Source: Cyanidioschyzon merolae
Taxonomy: Eukaryota
Assembly: GCA_000091205.1 (NCBI GenBank)
Contig: AP006500.2
Direction: 5' to 3' (one strand)
Length of the DNA: 64,000 bases
The position numbers and the translations under genes were made by a program. Below, one piece after another: positions 1-8,629 of the stretch. Within the stretch, counting starts at the first letter, position 1. The number at the start of each line of letters is the position of its first letter. The notes beneath the pieces are model-generated. The model saw only the letters and a list, made by a program, of their open reading frames with translations. It was not told where the DNA came from and ran no database searches.

Positions 1-748
1 AGCGCTACCCGCGGCGGTGTGGACTCGACAACCATTTCGCCCAACATTGGTGCACTGAGACCCATCTGAGCTGCCCAGAACACCTGCCAGACAGACGCAT
101 CAGTCGGCTGGAGCCAGCGCTCCGCCATGATCGACAAGGTCTGTGTCAGCGCCCGGAGACGCGTCCGAACGTCTGATACCGTCTGCGAGGCGGCTCGCTC
201 CCAGTTGAAACGCTCTTCAGCAGCGGATCCCAAACGATTCCACTGGTCTAGAAAAGCTGCTCGATCAAGGGAGCGAGGTGTCGCGTGGATCGCCTCCATG
301 ACCGGTATCGTATCGGAAAAGTAGAGCACCCCCAGTGGTGTGCACTTGATGGCAATTTGCACCAGATTCGCTCGTTGATCAGCGAATGCTTCCTTCTGGA
401 TGGTGAGCGGGAGCACCACCACCGCACTGTCGCCTCGTTGAAGGATTGGTGGCTCCGTTGTGAAGCGCGGCGGTGCCACGACCCCAAAGATGTTCTTGTT
501 CAGTTGAATCGCAAAATCACCGACGCCCTGAGCTGCGGCAATATTCTCCAACAGCAAACGCAGCTGCATGCCATGCGTCTCATCAAATGACGATGACGAT
601 GTCCGAGATCGCACCAGTCCACCGGTAATACGTAGCCCGTGTCCGGCCTCTGTCGATAAGAGCAAGCGAGGCGGAATATGATCAGGAGCCGCAGGCAAAG
701 GAACCTCATTCCCGCTTGGCACCGAACGGGACGCTGAGGTCGAGCGCT

Positions 749-779
<31 letters not shown>

Positions 780-2816
780 GGGGAGCGGCACTCTAGCGGT
801 TGCTTGGACACCACCAGCTCTTTCTGGGTGCATATCTGAGCCCGCATGCGCCAGCGCCTGCGTTTCGAAACGTGTGGAACGGACCCATGCCAGCCTATGT
901 GACGACAGACCAAGCACCGAAGCGATGGATCCGAGTTCGTCTTGGAACTCTTGAAGCAGCGCCGGGTCCTCGTTGAAAACAGCATGCAGTGGTATTGCTG
1001 GTGGCTTTTCTTCGTGGGCGAGACGTTCCACTTCGCTAAGCGTGATGCTGGACGTCGTTGCCGACGGAGCCTCTTGGTCGAGCAGCCAACGATAAAAGAG
1101 CGCCCGAGCGCGCACCTCGGGGCGTCCGCTCTGCGCGATAGCCACCTGGCACGTGTGCTCCAGGGCCGCTGCAGCAGCACGAAGCTCACTGACCGCCTCA
1201 GGCGTCGACTTGCTAGCCGCGCGCTGCCGAGCACGCCCATACAAACGCGCCAGACTCGATAGTATTTGACTCTGGACGGAATGCGTCTCCGACAGAAACC
1301 CAGCCTCCTGCTCCGCTGCCCAAATGGACCCACGAAGCACATCACAAAAAATGAGTGGTGCGTATGCGCCTACCAGCCAGAGCAGGGCAACACGTGCTCG
1401 CTCATCTTCGAAGCGAACGAGTGCCACTTGGCCATGCTCGTCGTCTGGAGCGGTTGCGAGCTGCACAAATTTCTCTGCTGCTGCCTGGAAGCGATTACCG
1501 TACTGACGGAGAAGCACGGTGACCGCCACCAGCACGCGCTCTGTCATCTGCGGTGCACCGCGTCGCGCAAGGCTCAGCAAAGCCTCTACCGCGGCAGGCG
1601 CAGCGGCCTCGCACCGCAGGCCCGCAAAGCCGATAGCGTCAACGGCGCGTGTCGCCAGGTTTTGCTCGACGTCGTTCGCATAGCGCTGCAGCTCCGCGAG
1701 TATCGCATTCGCATTTGCCGCATTCAACACGTACATGAGAAGGCCGATTTTTTCCTGTTTCACATAACTAGGCTCATTAAAATCACAGAAAAAGCTCTGA
1801 TAGTGCTTTTCTAGATAGGCTGAATTGGTATGCATGAAAATATGCAGGATCCGGAGTGCAACGTATGCAACCTCTGGCGGCTGCGCACTCGATACCAAAG
1901 ACACCAGTGCCGGAAGCATCTTGCGCGTTTTGAAATCACCGCTGCTTGATTCGCTCAATGCTGTGGGGAAGCGCTCCAGTAAACGCCACAGGATCCGAAT
2001 CGTCATGAGGACGACGGCGCAGTTTGCGTGTTGAAGTCGCGAGGTCAGACGCTCGACGATGATTTTCGCCTCAGCAGCGTGCTGGGGATCGTACAGCGAT
2101 AACGCCTCAAGCAGGGTCAGCTGACCCCATTCACCACAGTCCGGAAGCGCAACCAGGAGTCTTCGAATATGGGTCGCTTCGAGCGACAAGTGGCTGCGCG
2201 CAGCGTCATCGCGTTGCGCTGCTCTTCGGCGGATATCCAACCAGGCAGCGATCGCGTTACTGAGGACCACGGCATTGCCGTCTTGAAGAAGGTTGCGAAG
2301 CGCATCTAAAAAGCCGCCCTCTATTGCAACGGTAGGATTCACATCATAGAGTTTGGCGACAGCGAGTGCTGCAGTCTTTCGAACGTAGGGGTCTGGATCG
2401 GTGAGCGCTTGTCGCAGCGGCGGCACCAGGTACTCTGCAATGCGCTCCAGTCGAATGCAACTCATCGTTCGGATAGCGATTGCTCGGATCAGGGGATTGG
2501 GATCCTGCGCATCCTTCACGAAACTGTTGACGGCGAGGATCGCGAGATCCGGCTGATTCTTGGCGTAGTACATGATGTAGAGGTAAACGAGCTTTTTCAT
2601 CTGGAGGTTACTTGTCTGGCCGCAGTTTACCACATCGGTGAACAGCGGCGCCATATCCTTGCCAACGGTCATCGATGCGATAGTCTGTCGCAGAGCGTGC
2701 TTCCGAACCGTGGAGGACGAAGCGTGCAGGTCTTCGCGAATTTCCGAAACCTCGCCCCGCTTTCCACCAGTGAAGAAGTGTAGCGCACGCTTCTTCAAGG
2801 ACGATAAGCTTGCCAT
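1..2816 (-). CDS. AP-complex beta subunit (beta-adaptin), partial. The C-terminus lies beyond the window start.
   Basis: Hand translation of the minus strand from the ATG (complement of 2814-2816) stays open for >930 codons to position 1. The N-terminal trunk reads FTDVVNCGQTSNLQMKKLVYLYIMYYAKNQPDLAILAVNSFVKDAQDPNPLIRAIAIRTMSCIRLERIAEYLVPPLRQALTDPDPYVRKTAALAVAKLYDVNP, which is near-identical to AP-1/AP-2 beta-adaptin. Downstream, ...PEVAYVALRIL...YVKQEKIGLLMYVL...LAELQRYANDVEQNLATRAVDAIG is also beta-adaptin-like. It is absent from the ORF track only because it runs off the window edge. Confidence 0.8.
741..779. repeat. Hexanucleotide microsatellite (GTCGCT)n of ~6 units inside the beta-adaptin coding region. 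It encodes (AT)n on the minus strand.
   Basis: gtcgctgtcgctgtcgctgtcgctgtcgc seen directly. Confidence 0.9.
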
Positions 2817-4189
2817 GGTAGCCTTTAACTCCGATGGTGCTGCGAAGATGAACTCGCTGGGTGACTTGGATCGTTCCCCAGGCCGGTTATACTGCGTTTT
2901 AACGTGCAGTCGATAGCACGGCTGCTCGGGAGCGAGGAGTCCGCGCTCTCAGTTGCCTGACGTCAGCGTAGGAGTGCTTAACGCTGAGCTTCAAGACCGT
3001 TGTCTGCAGAACCTCGTTTGGTTTCTGGCTTTCTCAGTCTGTGGAGAGAACTTGCACAGAATCGTCGGCCCCAACGCAGTGAACGTTACCTATTGAGTGC
3101 GTCGAGGCACATGGGCAACTCGCGAGTCGAAACGGTGCGCCGCCTCAATGGCGAACGCCAGCCACGCGCAGGTACCAGTCCGGTGCTACTGGGTGCTGTG
3201 TGCACCCTCTCGACAGGCCTCGTGTTTACCGCGAGTGCAGCCGTTGGCATCGCTGGGAATAACGTCAACGACGGCTTCGAAGCTTCTCTCATGCACGATA
3301 GAGTTTCCTAGTGTTTTTTAGTCAACGGAGCAGCGCCAGACAAGTTTCGTAGCAACGGTGCGTAACTGCCTGCTCGCTGAGTCGCATCGGCAGAGGCTGT
3401 GTTGCTGGGTTTTGGGTGTTGGAAAAGTTTGTTCGGATGGCAACTGGATCATCACCTAAATTCTGCGTTCGGTAGCCTCTCTGGTCCGTATGGGAAATGG
3501 CAGGCGGTTATCGTGGAGAGATCTCGGGGGGTGTGAAGGCATCCAAACGTGATATTTTTCTGCTTTCACAGCAATGAGGGAACGAGCGGCATCGTGAAAA
3601 CACTGCAACTGGGGTGTAGATTGCCCCGAGCACCGTCACTGCCGCTACAGGTCATTTCCATGCCCGAACAAGATAAGAGCTGCACTAGCACGAGGTGACG
3701 AGCTCAGCGAGCGTCTTCGCATGAGCATCGGAAACTCCGGAAACCAACGACGACGTTGAGCATGCCCTCATAGGTCCAGCGGCATGCATCGCCGCATCAA
3801 CGCATAACTGCGGAAAACAGGAAGAGAGCGAAAATCCGCAGCCTGCGTGATTTGCGCATGCTCCACGTAAGGAAACAACAAACGCGGCGACGTTTACGTC
3901 GTCCTTCGATCACGATATCGGTTCGTGAAGGAACGATGGTTCGAGCACGTTGCGACTCTTCGGGAATACGCTGACGAAACGAATACCAGCGGCATTGCGT
4001 CGAATGATCCACTCCGAAAAGACGACCGTGATTCCTCCAACTTCATACCCCATCCGCAAGCACGTATAGTTGCACTTGGTATGAGGATTCTGCAGATCTA
4101 TTCAAAGTTTGGAACCAGCCGCAAAGCAAGAACGAAGCGAGCACTACCATAGCCCATAGAGACGGGACACCGCCAGAGATCATAGCACA

Positions 4190-4510
4190 CCGGGCGACAC
4201 AATGCATCCATCGATGAATGCCGGGAAGTATCGTCCAATAATATTCATTATTGACGCAATTTTCGAAGCAACCCGACACAATGCATCCATCGATGAATGC
4301 CGGGAAGTATCGTCCAATAATATTCATTATTGACCCAATTTTCGAAGCAACCCGACACGATGCATCCATCGATGAATGCAAGGAAGTATCGTCCAATGAT
4401 ATTCATTATTGACCCAATTTTCGAAGCAACCCGACACGATGCATCCATCGATGAATGCCGGGAAGTATCGTCCAATAATATTCATTATTGACCCAATTTT
4501 CGAAGCAATC
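4190..4510. repeat. Tandem array of a 79-bp unit, about 4.3 copies, directly upstream of the NusG-like gene.
   Basis: The motif atgcatccatcgatgaatgc recurs at 4203, 4282, 4360 and 4439, giving period 79. Each unit holds an imperfect 18-bp palindrome gcatCcatcgatgAatgc centred on ATCGAT. Each unit also holds inverted arms caataat-attc-attattg. Confidence 0.85.
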
Positions 4511-4592
4511 CCCTGCGGGACACGTTTCCATCCAGCGCCGCCTCTGAGCGCGTCGCGGCGCTTTCTCAAGCGCTATCCCGGTCGCGTTCGCG

Positions 4593-5978
4593 TTGCTGGA
4601 ATATGCGGAGCAACGCTCATACCGACTAGACGCTGGACTGCATACCGCTCGAGCTGGTACCGCTACTATGTTTACGGAGGCAGCGATACCGTTCCCTTGG
4701 CGACAACGAGGGACCAGGCTTATGGCCTGTTCCGGGCGCGAGTTCCTGTGTGGGTTGCGACGCTGGAACTCGAGCTGTAACACGTTGCGAGAACCGCAAC
4801 AGGCTACGGTGCGGCAGCTGCTCACCATGCGTGGTCGAAAGAAGAGCAGCAAAGAGGCAGAGCTGCAGCGTGACGATGACGTGACAAAAGCGGCCTCGGG
4901 AAAGGAGGCCACAGCGGCGGCGGCAGCGGCGGCAGAGGGCTCTGAGCAAGCTGCGGCCTCGGATGCTGCCGGTGTGTTGCGGGACATGCCTGCAGTGCTG
5001 CGAGAGCGGCCACACTGGTACCTCGTGCAGACGGTACCTGGGCTCGAGGATAACGTACGAATCACGCTTGAGGCGAAGGTGCGCAATACGCCGTCGATGA
5101 CGGATAAAATCACGCAAGTGATCGTGCCCAAGCTGAAGGCGATGCAGCTTTCTGCGGGCGGTGAGCGTGTCGAGTTCGAAGAAAAAGTTTTTCCTTGCTA
5201 TGTCATGGTAGAGATGGTGCTAAACGAGGAGACCTGGGAGTTTGTTCGCTCAACTGCCTATGTTGTTCAGTTCGTAGGCCGGGACCGTGCTCGTCGATCG
5301 CGGGCGGGTGGGGTCGTCGGCGGACGCGGTCTCGTCCAACCGCAACCGCTTTCAGAGAGCGAAGTGCGTCGAATATTCGATCAGATCTCCGTAGGATCAT
5401 CCATTGTCTCGCAGGAGCTGAAAATCCAGGCCGGTGACTTTGTAAGGGTGCGGCAGGGGAACCTCGCTGGTCACGAAGGAGTCGTAGCCTCGGTTAGCCC
5501 AGGTCGAGGCAAGCTTACTGTGAACCTCCGCTGGCTCAATAGAGACGTGCCTACAGAATTTGGATTAGAAGAGGTCGAGAAGCTCGATCGAAAATTCGTC
5601 GATCTGCCGGCGCCTCCACCAGACGAGGAGTCAGAGGCTGAGCCTAGTGAAGAGAGCGCAGCCACGAAAATACCACGCACCGTACGGCGGGTTCTCCCTG
5701 AGGATCGAGTGGAGGCCCTCGAGGCACTCGCGCGACTTGACTACGATTGGAGAATGCTTGTTGCGATGGAACGTCTGGATCGGGTCCCGATGCAGGCCCT
5801 GCGTCAGTACTGTCGAGCGTATGGGCTGGGAGCATCTGGTCGGAAAGTCGCCCTCATTGAACGTGTTCGACAACACGTCATTGAAGCGATTCGCAAGGAG
5901 GAGGAGCAGGAGGAGCAGGAGCAGGTTGCTGAGAATCCCCCAACGCCCAAAGAGCACTCGGAAACCGTACGCGAATAA
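4593..5978 (+). CDS. Bacterial-type NusG-like transcription factor (NGN domain plus KOW motif) with a C-terminal SAP-like segment. It is probably organelle-targeted, most likely to the plastid. The true start codon is uncertain.
   Basis: HWYLVQTVPGLEDNV...VFPCYVMVEMVLNEETWEFVRSTAYVVQFVG matches the NusG NGN fold (compare WYVVQ...GYV). The KOW motif is AGDFVRVRQGNLAGHEGVVASVSPGRGKLTVNL. The C-terminus LEALARLDYDWRMLVAMERLDRVPMQALRQYCRAYGL is SAP-like. The N-terminal ~140 aa is a low-complexity, Ala-rich extension. Confidence 0.6.
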   Translation: MLEYAEQRSYRLDAGLHTARAGTATMFTEAAIPFPWRQRGTRLMACSGREFLCGLRRWNSSCNTLREPQQATVRQLLTMRGRKKSSKEAELQRDDDVTKAASGKEATAAAAAAAEGSEQAAASDAAGVLRDMPAVLRERPHWYLVQTVPGLEDNVRITLEAKVRNTPSMTDKITQVIVPKLKAMQLSAGGERVEFEEKVFPCYVMVEMVLNEETWEFVRSTAYVVQFVGRDRARRSRAGGVVGGRGLVQPQPLSESEVRRIFDQISVGSSIVSQELKIQAGDFVRVRQGNLAGHEGVVASVSPGRGKLTVNLRWLNRDVPTEFGLEEVEKLDRKFVDLPAPPPDEESEAEPSEESAATKIPRTVRRVLPEDRVEALEALARLDYDWRMLVAMERLDRVPMQALRQYCRAYGLGASGRKVALIERVRQHVIEAIRKEEEQEEQEQVAENPPTPKEHSETVRE

Positions 5979-6262
5979 ACATACGGGCGCGACCAAGTAC
6001 TGCGCCCTGGACGCACTGTGGCTGGTCGCGAATGGAAGCCAGCGTGCATCTTTCCGTGAACACGGCATCCCGTGGCAGCAACTGCAGCAGCAGCAGCAGT
6101 AGCTGCAACGGCAGCAGGTACGGAAGCGATTGGGGTTGCGCTCAGCGTCGGGGCGCCAGCCTTGAGCGCCCTTTTGGATGCACACAGCGATCAGCATGGG
6201 CTCCGGGAGCACCAGCTGCTCAAGAGCTCTGGATTATGATCTCTCAGTCGAGGCGCTATCCG

Positions 6263-7138
6263 CTAGGAACCGCATTTGCGTCGTGTGGCGAGGGCGGGAA
6301 GAGTGCTTGGCACCCGAGACGCTCGGCTGGACTCGGGACGTATGCGGCTGTTGCGATGATCCTCACCACCGTATTCATGAGCGAACGGAACCTTCGAGAT
6401 GTTCAAGTCGTATGTCGCTGCCGCTATGAGCGCAGTAAACACGCTGATCCTAGGATTTGCGGTTAAACGAGCCAGCTGGACCTTGCATGGATGTGTTGCG
6501 AGACTGCTTCCGCAGACAGTCTGCCTAGCTCCACAAGCATAGCGCTGCAGTGCGTCCCCGATGGTGCAGCGAACGCCCGAGGACGCTCCACTCTGACGCG
6601 ATACCGGCATTGTGGGTAGAGCGGACCTTGCCACATCGCCTTTTTCCGCGCTGTGGAAGACGCGCTCGATCGCGGCGCTGCTCACGTTCACACGTGCGAT
6701 GCAACCAGTACTGGATACGATCAGCAGTATCAGGCCGCAAACCCGGGAACGTATGGCGTCGGTACGAAGCGTACAAAGCGGCTGGCTCGCAAGTGCAACG
6801 CGTTCATCGCATTCTGGGGCAAGAAACGCGCTCGCTTCAGGAGGATCCGTCATTCGGGTAGCAGCGGAGACGAATGGCGCCTGCGAGAGGTACGGCGTCG
6901 CGCGGGCGTCTGTGGATACGTCAACGGCACGATGCTGAACCCGAAGACTGGTTTTGAGCGTGTTGAACGCAGGAACGCCAAGGCCAACAGCAACGCTCGT
7001 CGTTTCCGTGGTTGCGTAGAGCTCGCGCGCCTTCACGTGGAACCTGACGCGATCCACGGAGGCGACACCACACAGAAATACTCCACTGCGGACAGAACGG
7101 CAGCATCGGGTATATGGTGGCAACTCGGGTGCAAACAC
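6263..7138 (-). CDS. Hypothetical protein, 291 aa ORF in a 60% GC region. No recognisable domain.
   Basis: Its length is improbable by chance at this GC content. Several ORFs overlap on the opposite strand, so the strand assignment is uncertain. Confidence 0.25.
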   Translation of the reverse strand: MFAPELPPYTRCCRSVRSGVFLCGVASVDRVRFHVKARELYATTETTSVAVGLGVPAFNTLKTSLRVQHRAVDVSTDARATPYLSQAPFVSAATRMTDPPEASAFLAPECDERVALASQPLCTLRTDAIRSRVCGLILLIVSSTGCIARVNVSSAAIERVFHSAEKGDVARSALPTMPVSRQSGASSGVRCTIGDALQRYACGARQTVCGSSLATHPCKVQLARLTANPRISVFTALIAAATYDLNISKVPFAHEYGGEDHRNSRIRPESSRASRVPSTLPALATRRKCGS

Positions 7139-7251
7139 AAACGCTGTTTACACGGCGAGATGCCGGTATGTACGCATACCAGGATAAGAAGAGACGCGTC
7201 TGTCGCGATGACTCGAGCGTGCACCCTAAAATGTTGAGCCTCTTTCCGGTG

Positions 7252-8609
7252 TCATGAGCATCGGCCGGTGCGGGCTTCTCTACGACTGCTTGGTTTTCCG
7301 CTCTCACGGATCCCTGGATCGAAAAACGCCGGTCTCTCTTTTGTTGTCAGACTCGATGTCGACTGCCCAATGATGCTGATGGCAGTGTTCAGGAAGTCGC
7401 CACAACGTCGCACACAGCTGCTGGCACGGCATGACATGGACTGACAGAAGTTTCCATCTACGCTTTGCTCGCTGAGTTCATCTTCTTTGGGTGCGGCCTC
7501 GGAGCGCATGTCGCATTCGTGACGCATTGCTGTGTGGTGAGGTGCTCCCGTCTATCCACGGGATATCGTTAGCACGCGCGCCCTCTGAGCACTGCCTTGG
7601 GGCCCGTAAACGCTCGCTTCATCGTTCGGTACCCGCAATCGACGGGCGGCCAGACGCCTCCGGTCGATGCTCACTTCCGTTTCCGCGTCACGGGGCGGGA
7701 TTCTATGATCTCGGGCCTTTTCTAGGGAACCTCGCGGACTAGTACGCTGTCTGCTGCACGCGCAAGTGCAAGCAGTCCAATTCGGTAGAGGATCTGTGGC
7801 GCACAATGTTTTCCATGATGAAAAAGATATCAAACGGAAACCAAGGCGAGAGAAGCATCCAAGAGTGATTCCGATACGTCTACAGTGCCTTTGTGCAAAG
7901 CGACGACGCAATCTGCACTCGAAATGATCGCTGCAATGACTCAAGTCCGAGTTCAAGGCCGTTTTCCATGCAAGCACAAGGGATGTATGCTGCTGGGCGC
8001 AAATCCCGTGCCAGATACCGTGATGCTGCTTTCAAATGCCGTTTCGCCAATGGCCAGAAAGACAGCAGGATTTTGCCTGTCGAACGATATCGATTCTTTG
8101 ACGTGGCAAGTTCAGTGAACGTGTAGCATCAGTGTGTAGGGCGACTCGTCAATCACGAGGCGCGAACTGCTGCTTCCACCAGTTGCCTTGAAACCAAAAG
8201 ATCGAAAACCAGAATCACATGTGATTTGATCATGGTCCATGTAAGGCAACGAGATGCTTCCTGGACGGAATGTCTGCACTGCACCAGGGTACCGCGGGGC
8301 TACGAACGCTCGTTCGTGCGGGCGCGTCTCGTCGTCTGATGTCGATCGCAATGAAGCTGTGATTTTCAGCTGCGGTTCGTCGAGTGATCCAACACGGAAA
8401 GACTGATCGAAAAATACCTTTAGAACGACGGACGCAATCGTAAGCCCCCGTTTTTCGCCGCACTTTGCCTGCCAAAGCTGTATATCTGAACGTGCTCGAC
8501 AAGGAGCACGCGGCAAGCACCGGACAAACGGCGCGCTAGTCGATGATCGTCGCGCACACTGCGGACCTTCGAGGCGGAATCCGTTGATAACGTGTACATA
8601 AATGTTCAT
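7252..8609 (-). pseudogene. Degenerate TnpB/Fanzor-like RuvC nuclease relic, copy a. It is frameshifted across three ORF segments: 8609-8112, 7977-7552 and 7527-7252.
   Basis: The antisense of the dispersed ~300 bp repeat at 7850-8125 encodes a RuvC-I-like ...ALNSDLSHCSDHF (compare GIDLG...LSDG). Downstream is a Cys cluster NFCQSMSCRASSCVRRCG that matches the CQSTACVERC cluster of the IR copies. Overall size is ~1.36 kb, about a 450 aa TnpB. It lies head-to-head 20 bp from the DNMT3-like gene start. Confidence 0.45.
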
Positions 8610-8629
8610 TTGCGGAACAATCGCCCTTA

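Noticed and set aside
4190-4510. The regularly spaced 79-bp, 78-bp and 55-bp direct repeats looked like a possible CRISPR array.
   Set aside because: The spacers between the units are not unique, because the whole unit repeats. There are no cas genes. All gene content is eukaryotic. These are tandem minisatellites.
4406-5131. A 241-aa minus-strand ORF overlapping the NusG-like gene, and similar long antisense ORFs at 19232..19690, 14752..15390 and 42322..42915.
   Set aside because: High GC suppresses stop codons on the antisense strand of real genes. These ORFs lack domains and are fully contained in better-supported genes.
7893-8126. A small conserved ORF within the dispersed ~300 bp repeat (MQSDDAICTRNDRCNDSSPSSRPF... 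versus MQSGDARSIETDRCNDSCPYPRPF...). It looked like a small protein gene family.
   Set aside because: Nucleotide alignment shows indels that shift the frame between copies (e versus a, c versus a). The similarity is therefore at the DNA level. The sequence is the antisense of the RuvC-I region of the TnpB-like relics.
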